From the NCBI RefSeq assembly GCF_009914755.1, contig NC_060947.1: a stretch of 64,000 bases of DNA; one strand, given 5' to 3'. The stretch comes from the human T2T-CHM13v2.0 reference genome, Homo sapiens. Positions 12,606 to 28,099 of the stretch are shown here, one piece after another. The notes beneath the pieces were generated by a model. That model was not told where the DNA came from, ran no database searches, and saw nothing but the letters and a program-made list of their open reading frames with translations. How positions within the stretch are numbered: position 1 is the first letter of the stretch; every line of letters begins with the position of its first letter. The position numbers and the translations under genes are program-made.

Positions 12606-15600
12606 GATGTGGAGAAGTCATCATAGATCACAGGATGTAAGCCTCCTGTTGAAAATGGCAGAGCTGGAGGGTCTGGGCACCTCATGTTGAAAATGGCAGA
12701 GCTAGAGGGTCTGGGCTTAAGCATTAACTATGAAAATAAAGCCTATCTGTGTTGAAAGAATATGGCTTAAGACATCATCAGAAACAAACCATGGTTAAAA
12801 ATATGACTGGCATACAGAAAAGATACATGATGAAAAACTTAATGAACTATAAAAGGAAACTGAAATTTTAATTTTAAAAAAATGCCAATGAAATAAGTAA
12901 TGTCACTGTGAAATACGGTTAAGTGAAAAGAAAAACCACAAGCATCAAAACATACAGATGGCAAGTATACAAAAGAGTGCCAATCCAGCATCATGGAAAT
13001 TATGTGTCTTGAACAAAAATAAGCTGTTGCAAATGTAAGTGTCACCAGTAACACTTCGGCTCAGCATGTTAAATATATAACTAAGAACTTACAGGAAAAG
13101 GTATGTGAAATGCTAAATTATTTGTGATGTCTTCTATTTTCATAAATAAATGTGGATTTGGAGGCAAAATAAAAAATTATATTTTCAGAATATATGAAAA
13201 TGAATTGATATTGTTCAATATTTTCAAAATGTATCAAAATGAATTGATACTGTTCAATATTTTCAATTCACATTGATAGTATATATCAATATCTACATAT
13301 AAAAGTTGATGATGTGTTATAATCCCAGACTGAAAATAAGAAAGACAATAGAATATCAGAATGCTACTAATATCTCAAGTATAGTGACCCTAAACACAAA
13401 CAAACATTATGCAAAGATTCTATCCATAGTTGGAAAAACTTACATTTGTTAATGGATAAGCTTGATGTCATCGAGCTGCCATGTGTCTGTGCTTTTTTCT
13501 GAGGCAGTTCACTCAGGCCTACAGATCACCCTCAGTGAACCCCAAGATTGTCTTCTTCCCCAGCTCCTCCCTAACATAACCTCAGCGCAATGGCTTCTGT
13601 TAGAACAGGTGTTTGTTACTCGATGTCTATGAACTTGGGTGGGAACAATTCCATATTTATTTTCACTAGCCTTTAACAAAAATTCAGACTTTCTTTCCCT
13701 TCTAAACGCAAGCCAAGAGCATTAAAAGTAGCTATGACGTTGTCACTAACAGAAGTCACAGATATGTCCTATTATATTAGAGTTATTGAAGATGTCTTTG
13801 ATTGTTGTTCATATTTAGACCTGCTGCTTCATCTTGTCATGCAATTCACTGGAAAAAAATTTCCATATATTCACTCATCAAATTTTTCTCTGTTTAGATA
13901 CTTAATGTATGGTGACTCCGTAGACTCCTTAGTAGCTATTTTATGTACCATGAAAGTAAAAAAAAGAAAAAACTGTTCTATTTATACTCAAATGGCATTT
14001 TTCCATGTGGTGCATAAAATTTTCTATTACCTTTAAATATAGCAGATCAGTATCAATAACATGGTCATCATTACATAAGGGACAGTGTAGAATTAAATGA
14101 CTTTTCCATTGAGAAATTATACTAATTGAACAAATTTTCTTCAAAACTTCTTTAATCTGAAAAACTGGGCTATCTTGTGGGCATACTGTGATAGTTAAAC
14201 GGGATAATATACACCCAGGATGGTATTTGACGTATAATGCAAATATAGCAGCTATTATTAAGAGTGTTGTTGTATTATGCACGTGTTTCAAATTAAGCTG
14301 AGTAATTCATGAGTCCTCTTTAGATTGATATAATCATACTTCCTTAAGTTCAAAAATCCAAGGTGAATTTTTAATACATGAAATGCTAAGTTCTTAATGT
14401 TTAAAATGAGCTCAGCTCTGCCAATATTTTGGAAGCAAAATACCCAAAGATTTATAAGGACTAATATTGAAAAAGAGACGTTTTGGTTTGTAATTAATTA
14501 AACTTCAGGGCTTCTTAAATTTCGATTTTGAATTATTTTCTGCCTTCCGTTTGAAGAAATGCCCACAATCTTGTTTTGGAAAAAAATCAAAATGAAAATA
14601 TTGTTATGATGCTTTTATGCGATTTTCTTGATTCCCATGGTTATACATGGTTTTGGTGACTGTTGAGTAAAAGTCTTTCAAGTCAGGTAAAACACCAAGG
14701 TTTTCAGGATGCCAACTGTGAAAAATAAATACTGGCTTGCAAAGGCAATATTGGAAGGAAATTTATTTAAACTTTCACAAGACCCAGCTCTCCATTGGTG
14801 GGGATCCAATTTGTTCATCTTTGTATTCTCATCATCTAGAATGATATATGGCACAGAGTACTTAATAAATATGTGTTAAACAAATGAACAAACTAACTGT
14901 TGATTACTAGAGAAGATTAAAAGTAGTTATGAATTCCATCAAGAAAATAATCTTTAAAACACACAGATACAGAATATGAGCAGTCGACGAAAAATCTAGA
15001 CATGCAGAGAGCCTGCCACAGGAAATTGGATCTTAGTTCAGATATATTATACATTGGTGCAAATCTCTTCATATCAGCCAGGGAATGAAGATGCAGGAAA
15101 CATAAGAGGAGATACTGCTAGATGATAAGTGAAGGGAGGTGAGGGAGTACAGGGAAAGAAAACTAACAATATTGAGTTTCTTCTTTGCAAGAAGCACTAC
15201 ACTTTGGATGCTGTCTTACGGATTCTTCAAACAACTCTCATTCTCTGAGCTGGCTATGATTTACAAAATAAAGAAGGAATGAATGGAACAAGGAAGGAAG
15301 GAAGGAAGGGAGGGAGGGAAGGAGCAAAACCATGAAGTGCTCAAAGGCACTGTGCATATATCTTTTAGTTCTCAGCACTGGAATCACTTTCAAAAATGGC
15401 AAGAAGAGACTTAATTGGGCAACAAGAGATGTACATTCCCTCCTTCCCATTTTCTACTATCCCATTGCATAGTGCTTCATGTTCTTACATTTCCTAGCAT
15501 TGAAAACTAAAAGCTCCCATTCTAGTTAACTGATAACAGTATTTACCTTTGAATCTACTATCCCCACTATTTTAACAAACATATACAGAACTACTTGAAT

Positions 15601-16199
15601 GCGCTTTTTATTCAGCAAACCCTTATATACCAACCCTCAGCAGTAAAATCTTTGGATTCCTTTATCTATAATTTTCTAGCCCAAATTGTGTTATTTGCCC
15701 TTCACAAAATTGGAAGGGTAGAACCTGCCACCTTTGGAAATACTCACCTTTCCACTACGTTGTCTTAATCTAGGTCCTTTCTGTAGGACCCACAATTTGG
15801 ACAATGATATTCTCCACCAACTCTCTCTTAAGTAGCAGGGTGAGAAGGTCCTTGCCTTGGCAAAGCTGACCTATTTCTGAACTCAGCTCCTATTGACTGA
15901 TAACGTGATTTTTCTATCATGGCTCTTGAGGAAAACAGCATCATTTTTTTTTTCTGGTATTTTCCAGCCCCACTCATGCAGCCTTTTGTCTCTGAATCAC
16001 CTAAAGAAAGTCTTTCTTCTGATCTATTCTGCTAGGAAATGCCTGTTCTCGCAACAATCTCAAATGGTGAGCCACAGACTATACCACGAATTCCCAGGCT
16101 GTGATAAATAAGTAGTGATTGCTGTCATCTATATGACTCAAATTTTATAGCTTAAGCTTATACATTTGGATATGTAAAAATTGCTACATACTTGGTTAA

Positions 16200-16629
<430 letters not shown>

Positions 16630-16723
16630 TGATGATTAATTTTATGTCAACTTAACTTGGCCATGGGCTGACAAGATAATGGATCAAACATTATTCTGAG
16701 TTATTCTGTGAGGGTATTTTGGG

Positions 16724-18300
16724 TTTTAGTTTCAACTTTTATTTTAGATTTAGGGGGTACGTGGGCAGGTCTGTTACAGGAGTATATTGCATGATGCTGG
16801 GGTTTTGGGTGCAATTGATTCCATCACCTAGGAAGTGAACATAGTACCCAATAGTTTTTCAAACCTTGCCCCCATCCATTCTTTCCCACTCCAGTATTCA
16901 TCAGTGTCTATTGTTGCCATTTTTATGTACATGAGTACGCAATATTTAGCTCCCATTTATAAGTAAGAACATATTGTATTTTATTTTCTGTTTCTATGTT
17001 AATTCACTTAAGATCATGGCCTCCAGCTGCATCCATGTAACTGCAAATGACATGATTTTGTTCTCTTTTATGGATGCATCGTATTCCAATATATATGTTA
17101 CCATATTTTTTTTAATCCAATCCACTGTTGATGGGCACTTAGGTTAATTCCATGTCTTTGCTCTTGTGAATAGTGCTGCGATTAACTAGCAGAAGAAAAG
17201 AATTAACTAACATCAGAGTGGAACTGAACTAAATTGAGGCCCAAAACTCTATACAAAGAATCAATGCAACCAAAAGTTGTTTTTCTAAAAAAGATAAATG
17301 TGATGGTTAATACTGAATGTCAAGTTCATTGGATTGCAGGATACATAATATTGATCTTGGGTTTGTCTGTGAGGGTGTTGCCAAAGGAGATTAATATTTG
17401 AGTCAGTAGGCTGGGAAAGGCAGACCCACTCTTAATGTGGGTAGGCACCATCTCATCAGCTGCCAGCATGGCTAGAATATAATAAGCAGGCAGAAAAATG
17501 TGAAAAGAGAGACTGGCCTAGCCTCCCAGCCTACTCCCATGGTAGATGCTTCCTGCCCTCAAACATCGGACTCCAAGTTCTTCAGTTTTGGAACTCGGAC
17601 CGGCTGTACTTGATCTTCAGCCTGCAGATGGCCGATTGTGAGACCCTGTGATCATTTGAGTTGATTATATATATATATGATTATATATATAGGAGTTTAA
17701 GTATAGTGGATTCAAATATATACACATACATATATATGTGTATATATATACATACATATATATGTATATATATACACACATATATATATATTCTATTAGT
17801 TCTATCCATCTAGAGAACCCTGACTAATACAATAAATAATATAGATTAGACCACTAGCTAGATTAACAAAAAGAGAAGATCCAAATAAATTCCATCAAAA
17901 AATGACAAATGTCAATTTACAACCAATCTCATAGAAATATAAAAGGTCTCAAGAGACTGTTTTGAACACATTTATGCATACAAACTAGAAAATCTAGAGG
18001 AAATAGATGAATTCCTGGACATACACAACCTCCCAAGATTGAATCAGAAAGAAACTGAAACCCTGAACAGAGCAATATTGAATTTTTTAATTGAATCAGT
18101 AATAAAAAAAAAAAATCTATCAACCAAGAAAAGCCCTGAATCTGAAATTTTAGCAGGCATACGAAGAGCTGGTATTAATTCCACTGAAACTATTCCAAAG
18201 AATTGTAAAGGGACTCCTCCCTAACTCATTCTATGAAGCCAGCATCTTTCTGATACCAAAACCTGACAAAGACACAATAAGAAAAGAAAATTACAGGCCA
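16724..18300 (-). mobile_element. L1PA15/16-like element with 5' inversion
   Basis: Minus-strand 3' end 16724-17186 joined to plus-strand ORF2 segment 17187-18300. Confidence 0.85.
17299..17831 (+). mobile_element. MLT2A1 (HERV-L) solo LTR with internal (TA)n
   Basis: TGTGATGGTTAATACTGAATGTCAAG ... GAGAACCCTGACTAATACA; perfect TSD ATAAA at 17294-17298 and 17832-17836. Confidence 0.92.
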
Positions 18301-19049
18301 GATTAACATTTAAATCAGCAAACTAAGTAAAGCAGATTCCCCTCCCCAATGTGGATAGGCCTCATCCAATCAGATGAAGGCCTGCATAGAACAAAAAAAC
18401 TCAGTAAGACTTCAACATTTTCCTGTCTTCAGAATGGGACTTAGACTATTGATTACCTTGTTTCCAAGGTGTTTAGGCTAGGACTGAATGTATACTATAG
18501 AATTTTCTGGTTCTGCAGATTGCTGATTCACCCTGCAGGTCTTGGTACTAGGCAGTCAGCTTCCATAGTCACATCAGCCAGTTCCTTATTACCTACCTAT
18601 CTATCTACTGATCTTTATTCGTTCTGTTTATCTGGAGAACCCAAAAGAATGTACCTGTCTTCTCTACACTCTAACAGAAGAGTGAGTGCGTTGCCCTCCA
18701 AACACATGAGCTTTTCCCTTAGGTACAGACTGTTAAAAAGCCCTCTGTTTCCCCCTGTTCCTGGAAATATTTAATGCTATGAACTTGACCTGAATGGTCT
18801 GAGTGTAAATAGTAGCATTTTGATGTAAATAAATTTTATCCTTGCTCATTTCAATCTAACTGAGTTTGTCAGTTTCTGTGTCACCACTTCTTTCTGCACA
18901 GGCTCCTAAAACAGAGTCACATTACGATGATAAGAAAAATTAGAATTCAAGGTCAAAAGCATGAAGGCAAGAGAAGTTTTTAAGGAAAAGGTAAATGTTA
19001 TAAATATTTAGTTGAATATGATTGCACTGAAATATATAAAGTAAAATGA

Positions 19050-19770
19050 GGTCAGAAATATACAGAGAAATTCACAAAAAGCTAACTGAAGTATAATACT
19101 TCAACATATCTAAGTAATTTTCTGACTAATTAGGCAAAAATTAAAATTACAGAAGACATGACTATTAAAGTTAACAAGGTCAATTTAAAAGCTGTATGTC
19201 ATATGAGCCAAATAAAGAGAAATTATACCTTTTTTCCCAAGGCCTCTGAATCATTTACAAAAACTAAGCAACATTAAGCTAAAATTCCTCACCTGAATAG
19301 ATCTCTAAATTGAGAAAGTGTATAGGCCACAATATCTGAACACTATAAAATAAAAATATTAAGTAATAAAAATACAAGCAAATAAACCACCACAAAATAG
19401 AACTTCTTATAGTTTAAAATTGCTAGTTTGATAATATATCATGTAGAAGAATTAGTAAAAACTACGCATATGTAATATTTAGAAGTAGTATGTGAAAATA
19501 GTCCATATTAAAATAGATGAGATTTAATATTTTTCTTATAAACTAACAAAATTTCAGTGAAAATAAGTCAGCATTTACTTTAAGTTAAAAAAGAAAATAC
19601 ACCTAAGTCAAGAATGAGGAAATAATTAAGAAGATAAAAAGACAAAATTAGTGGAGTTGAAGATAGAAAATTAAAGAATTAAAAATAAATGCAAAAGCTA
19701 TTTGTTGGAAACAAAAAAATAGAGCAAGATACTCTCTCACCAGTCTAATCATTCAAGGAAAGGGGAAAAA
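19050..19770 (+). mobile_element. Ancient L1M ORF2 (endonuclease-region) remnant
   Basis: Degenerate A-rich L1-like motifs such as TATAGGCCACAATATCTGAACACTATAAAATAAAA. Confidence 0.55.
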
Positions 19771-21055
19771 AGCAAAGATCCTTGCTCTTTATCTTTTCTG
19801 CATGGGTTATTTATGTTGCCTTACTTCGGTTTTAATGTGTTGCGTTTTTTAAAGCAAACACGTTTAACCACACATATATTCAACGACTTATTAAAAGATT
19901 ATATCCTGGAAAGAGCACATGCAAACTAAAATCATCGTACATCAAATCAATTGTCCCTTATGAAATAACTGTAAATAATATTCTCACATCCTTTCTAGAA
20001 AGCTAGCTGCTGCATGCTGTTGTTAACTGCTCACTCTGGTATTAACATAGGGAAATACTGAGGCCCTGTCCTGCTCTGGCCCAGTAGTGGGGAGGAGTAA
20101 CTGTCATTTATCTGATGGAGAAGAAGTAAAATGTCCCTGCTTCTCACTTTTGAAGAAAAGTCAGTGAAAAAATCACCTATATTTTACCTCAAAGCAGAAT
20201 GGCCAAAGGAGTTTTAAGAACAGGAATGATTAAATATACCATTTAAAGTTGTTTGCTTCATTACTGTGTAAACAGCTATGACTTCCCCAGACATCTAGGA
20301 AAATCTGCTAAACACCTAAAAAGTATGTGTGGAAATAACAGGGCTAAATTCCACATCTGAGACTTCCCAATGCAGACCAAAAACAGCACAGTGGCTTGGG
20401 TGACACGATTTCCCCACAACCAAGCAAAGTATATGAAGTGAAAGCCACAAAAATCTTAAGAGAACAATGGGTGTTTTTCAGTATGTGTAACATGTGATTC
20501 AAGCCTATCCTAAGATGATTGTAAGGGACTAGGGAAGCAATTAATCCAGGGCTATCTATAATCTATTGATCTACTTATCTATCTATCTATAAACTACCTG
20601 TATCTATCACTTAACTGTCTATATCATCCATATATTTATTTCCATCCTATATTGTAATGTGTGTGTCACTGATGGCAGTATACCCAAAGTACCTCAGGGA
20701 AATTAATGTTCTTACTAATATACTTACTCACCAAACTTATATTCTATAGACACTATCCTAGTCAACCACCCTGAAGATTATAAGTATTTTGATAAAGAGA
20801 GTTCATTAGTTTTACCACAAATTAGGTCAGGAATACTCCAAATTGTTCTCATATATGGAATCAAACTCAAAATTGAAGGCTTATTGAAATAAAAATATGT
20901 ATTTCTGTTCTGTACCATGTGGCTTATCATGAGGATAATATTTTACAACTATTTGAACAAGATTAAGCTATTTTTTCTGTGCAGGCACTTCCATGATACC
21001 TAAGATGCCAGAGACTTTTAAAAAGCATTTTATTTAAAGGTTCCAATCACAACTA

Positions 21056-21769
<714 letters not shown>

Positions 21770-22696
21770 TGGTTTTCAGAAAAATAATGACCTACTCTTT
21801 CATGCAGAATTTTCATGTTACATTAACTTTTTCCATTAAATATATCCGCTTAAATATTTACAATGCAAGGCCTGTATAAATTGTGTAATTCCTAAATTAT
21901 CACCATTATCTTAAAGCATGGGGTATAGGCATCACTATTGTGAGTCTGAAGACATCTGCTTGTGGCTTGAATTCTAAATGATACTTAATTGTTTGACATA
22001 AATTTAATTATCCAAGAGCTATGGGATTAGAAATTGTTTTCTAAGTCATTTTCATTTTCATAAAATTAATACAATTAGCCAGTCTTTCTTACTCTTTAAA
22101 CTTATATGGTTCACTTTGAAATGAAGCATCACATGGAGGCAAGTTGTAAAAACTGAAAAAAAAAACAAATAATTGTTCTTGGTGAGAGCTAGTTCAAAAT
22201 TCACATTAGCATTGGCATAAACGATATACTTTAGTGACTTATTTAGTGGCACAAACATATTCAACATTCAGTATTTCTATTACTAATAGGTGGTGTTAAT
22301 TTATCAAAATCTGTCAGATGATCAGTTTATAAAAACCGCATAGGCATCTGTTTGCATACTAAAGTAGCACTAGATCATTTCACACATGTAACAGGGAAGC
22401 CTGTGAAATAAAGGTCAGATAGCCTTTTTTCTCTACACAACTGTGAATTACCTATATTCATCAGCCCATTGGTAATGAGTAAAGAAAGTTGTTCACTATT
22501 TGAATGGGCTTCTCAGAGTAATCCATTCTTCCTACCCAGGGTTCTTTGGTGTTTGTAAACATTTTTCTGTGGGATGCTTCAAAAATAAGGGAGTAAAAAG
22601 AAGAAACCAATATTTTAATTGGATGAAAAATGAGGGGCAATCATAGTAACACATTATGTCCAGTTGACATCCCTATGTTTGTGCTGTTTACGTTAG

Positions 22697-23063
<367 letters not shown>

Positions 23064-24145
23064 TCAAACATTCATTTTTTACTGGAAACTCAAAAAGCAG
23101 ATGGAGAGAAACAGAAGAGACCAAATGTTGGAGAGGATTATAAAATGTTACATAAACAACGTTATCTCAGATACACAATGCTATTAGTATTGTTAATGTC
23201 ACAAAGCAGATAAAGGAATGAGACAAGTTACAGAATCCCATTTTTCATGAATAAAATCAAAACAACATGTTAATGGCAAGGGGGAATTAGAATCCTAGTC
23301 TAACCCTTAAGTCAACACCCCCCCCCCCCACACACACACACACACACTTTTCTGTGTTGGTTTTTGTTTGGTCATTGTTAAGTATAACAAAAATAGAAGA
23401 TAAGAGAGCTTAAGTATGTTAAGTCAAGCGTATATATATTTTCACTCCTTGTGAAGAACTTTTTTCTTTTACTATCTTTAAACAAATAGTTACATTTGGA
23501 CTTGATTCCAAGCAGGTGAGTTCATTTTATTCTTCTTTACAACAGATATCTAAACCCGTCAGTATTAACTATAGTGCTGAGTATCCTCTGAGGAAAAGAG
23601 TTCAATGCATCTGCAGTTACCTGAGAAAAATAATAAATATATTAATAAGATTGTGGAAATAAAACAATTCTCCAAGGTGATAAAAATAAAAATGAAATTT
23701 CACTTAATCAAAAATTATTGTATACTTAATGTGTTCTTTTATTGTGCTAGGTCATTTGGGAGGTAATAAATTAAATTTCACACTTGATTTAATGCCACTA
23801 GTTCTTAAGTGTGCAGATGTATTCAAATTGGCTGTTGTCTTCTATTAGCTACCAAACTATCAAGGTAGATAAGCCTATAAGCAGATGAATGGGAATATTG
23901 TGGTAAATGCTATAAAAGATGTTTAAAAAAATTGTTATAGGATGAAGATTAATTTTGATGGGGAGATCTGCGAAGATTCTCAGAGCAAGTATGAGCTGAG
24001 GTTAGTGCTATCCAAGCTAATGGATAAGATTTGGTAAGAAGAAATGAGGAGGGGGTGGTATTTCAGACAGAAGGAGAGCTTTAGCCAAGTCCTGGAAGTC
24101 AGATAATGAAGGACATATTCTGGAAAGTAAAGAATAATGAGAAGA

Positions 24146-24612
<467 letters not shown>

Positions 24613-24959
24613 TCAGTCAGAACATCCTAGGCCTAATGTTAGATGTTTTATCTAAACCTAGATTTTTCTTTCCCCTCTATAGTCATTACTGGATGGAAAG
24701 TGAAGAAGGAATCAAATGCCGTGGTCTCAAAACATGCAACTTTCCACTGACCCAAGTGGGCGGTAGTACCTACACAAGTTTGATACATTTCTACTTATGA
24801 TAATGCTCTACAGACCTAGAGAAAAGACCAATTGGTGACCAATAGTGGGCAGTGAGGAATAAGTGTGGATCAGAAGATACTGCTAATCAAAGAAACAAGA
24901 AAATAGTAATCACACAAATGTATAGTAAACCAGTTCTTACTACTGTGGTTCTCATGTAT

Positions 24960-25560
24960 TAAATGACACCAACATCAATTTAGTTGTCTAAGCAAAAAAC
25001 ATAGTTAAGTCATGATAAAGTCTTGTCCATCTATCTTTAAAATACCTCTCTATTCAATCCATTTTTCTCATTCACATTGGCACTGTTCTAGTTCCAATTA
25101 ACATTAGCTTGACTACTTCAACAGCTCCCCCGAATTCATTATTCCACCATTCCCATACCAGTCTCTGCACCATAATTTGTCTAAAATGAAAATTTTTATC
25201 ATCAATTAACTTCCATGCTTAAAACCTATTCATGGCCGGGCGCGGTGGCTCACATCTGTAATCCCAGCACTTTGGGAGGCCAAGGCAGACGGATCGCAAG
25301 GTCAGGAGATCGAGACCCTCCTGGCTAACATGGTGAAACCCCGTCTCTACTAAAAATACACAAAAAAAAACCCTATTCATGATACCCCATTTTATCTAAG
25401 AATGAAGGGAAAAAGTCCTTAAATGGTTTAAAGCTCTCTTCTTGATCTAGTCACCGCCTGTCTCTCTAACCTCATCTCACTCTTCTCCTCAGCATGCATT
25501 CTGCACTTCAGTCATACTAATTCATTTGCTATTTTATAGATAGGCCTTGTTCACTTCTAT
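24960..25560 (+). mobile_element. L2 fragment
   Basis: Pyrimidine-rich L2 3' region (CTTCCATGCTTAAAACCTATTCATGA...CCCCATTT). Confidence 0.65.
25234..25367 (+). mobile_element. Alu left arm only (AluY-like sequence)
   Basis: GGCCGGGCGCGGTGGCTCAC...CTACTAAAAATACACAAAAAAAAA followed by TSD AAA(A/C)CCTATTCAT at 25221-25233 and 25368-25380. Confidence 0.92.
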
Positions 25561-26329
25561 CTATGCATCTTTTTTTTCCCTCCTCCTGGAATCCCACCTT
25601 CCCATGGGTTGTTAGGAGAACTCTGTAAGATAGAGCTGAGCATCTGCTCCTCTTTTTGTGTCTTTCATCTGTTAATGAAGCCTCTATCCATTAGTCTCAA
25701 CACTCAGAAATTAGTGATTCATCCTATAATTTTCCCCCTTTCTCACCTCCCACTTTTCCATATTCTGTAGATTTTAACTCTTCAGAATCTTTCCTTCTTT
25801 CTTTCTTGTTGTCTCTACTTCCTTGTCTCAGCTTAAACTCTCATCAAATCTGACACCTGGATTCTAGCAACAACCACTTAAGTGGTCCTCTGATCTCCCC
25901 ATTCCCTTCTAGCACTCCCATATCCTACAAACAGAGAACGATAGGTTCCTTTACTTCAAATCAGCCTGGCAGGATCAGCTACAGAGCAGCTGGGATCAAA
26001 GCAGCTGTGCTTCAAAGGTCTTAACCTTCATCAACTGCAACTGCAACCAAGGAGCCAGATAGCAACCTTTCTCGTGCCTTCATTATGATGGATCCTGCCC
26101 TTGCCACCATGGGTAGGCTATAAATGCACACATCTTGCTACCCCTGTGATGTGATTCTAGTTCTTAGCACTTGGGATTGACACAAAAGAATGGGATACCT
26201 ACAGAGCATAATCCATTGTCAAGAATACAGAATATGGCTTCCTGATGTATGGTGATTACAGAAGAAATGAAGGAAGTGCATGCTAAGAGAACATAGGAAA
26301 AGTCAGTAGGTCGGCACAGAAATTGAATC

Positions 26330-26555
26330 TGCTAAGAGAGTGGAGAGTCAGAACATAACTATTACTATTGCCTAGGTTTCTTCCTGCCAGCTCTGCCACT
26401 AAATAGATGTATGTTCTTGGGAAAGTAATTCAATCTCCCTGAGCCTATTTCCTTATTTTAAAAATTGGAATAATACCAAAATCGACCTCACCCTTAAATG
26501 ACGTGATGCGAATAACGCATGTAATTTTGCACATAGTCAGTGTTCAATAAATGCT
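26330..26555 (+). mobile_element. MIR SINE
   Basis: CCAGCTCTGCCACTAAATAGATGTATGTTCTTGGGAAAGT...CTGAGCCT core. Confidence 0.75.
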
Positions 26556-27453
26556 TCTTCAGCATTCACAAGTCCCTTACCACATTTACTCCCAGGTTTA
26601 ATTCTTGTTTTGTTGCTTCCTCTCCCTCAACCTCTCTAGCAAATTAAAATCAACAGTACGAGATGACCAGGCCATCAGACACAATATGCTTCTAATTTGC
26701 GCTTTGCTGAAGTAGTGGTAATGCATCAGTCTATCAGCTGGAAAACTAGCTTAATTAATTGGCTTCACTGCGCGGTGGCTGCTACAGTCCATAAAAATTT
26801 CTTAGGATACCAATATCCATGGGTAGGAAATCAAGCACTTTGTCCAAAAAGAGGTAGATCACAGCTCCTGCTGTAATGAAGGGATAAGTATGCTTTATTT
26901 TAGGCTCTGGGGATTTCCAGGAGCTCTCCATATAATCCTTTGAACCTCCCCACATGCCTGAAAACTGTTAACAAATCTCTGACAGAAGGTTTGTCATGCA
27001 ATATTGTAAGAGCTTGTTGTAAAGATCTTATATTGAGCTTTCACTGGGCTACGTCCAATGGACTTGAGGTTCCTCCAAGCCTGATTTGTAAAGTGATTTT
27101 CATTATTAGTGAACACGCATGACAAGACAGCCACGAGGAGGGATGGAAAAGAAAAGAGAGAGCTACTGGAGTGGAAATTCCCAGGAGGTGTCGGGGGAGA
27201 TGCATGGTAAATGAGAAGTGAAAGGCTGCAGGGAATAGAAAATTGACTGTGAAAAGAAAATCAAGGGCTAGATTTCAGAAGAGAAAACAAAAACATAAAC
27301 AAAATCACATTAGCCTTGTCCCATAGACTTGATCATCTCACATTAGGTGGAAATATAAAAGCCAGAAGTTAGGATGAAATTCTTAATAGAATTTCTAAAA
27401 TAATCAGAGATTAGCTATTTTTTTCAAGATCTAATTTTGTGCAAGAGGGGAGA

Positions 27454-27920
27454 TGTATCAGTTAGAATTTTCCATAGAAATAGACCCAATAATCAATTAT
27501 GTATGTATATTTACACACAAATCATACACGATTTGTATTAAGGAATTGGCTTACGATTGTAGGGGCTGGCAAGTCTAAAATTTGTAAGGCATGGCGGAAG
27601 GCTGGAAACTCATGCAAGATTTGATGTTGCAGTCTCGAGTCTAAAATAAAAGGCAGGCTAGCAGGCTGGAAACCTAGGCAGTATTTCTACCTTGAGGCAG
27701 AATTTCTTCTTCTCCAGGAAACCTGTTTTTTCTCTTAAGACTTTAACTGATTTTATGCGGTCCACCCACATTATCAAAGAAAATTTTCTTTACTTAATGT
27801 CAACTGATTATAAATATTAACCACACCTCCAAATTACCTTCACAGCAACTTCTAGCCTAGTCCTTAAGCAAACTGGGTGCAGTAACCTGGTCAAGTTGAC
27901 ACATACATTTAACCATCACG
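27454..27920 (-). mobile_element. MLT2D-like LTR
   Basis: AAGGAATTGGCTTACGATTGTAGGGGCTGGCAAGTC ... CAAGTTGACACATACATTTAACCATCAC. Confidence 0.85.
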
Positions 27921-28099
27921 CAAAGAAAAAATTACCAAGCAATTAAAAAAAGTAGCTGTAACACAAGTATGGGGTACACTGGGGTAATGATGGTGATGCA
28001 GGCTAAGAGAGGAATAAAAACAAACAAACAAAAAACACCCCAAAACCTAAGTTATATTAAGAGAAAGATTGTAAATCTTAATAGCTATGTTCTAATGAA

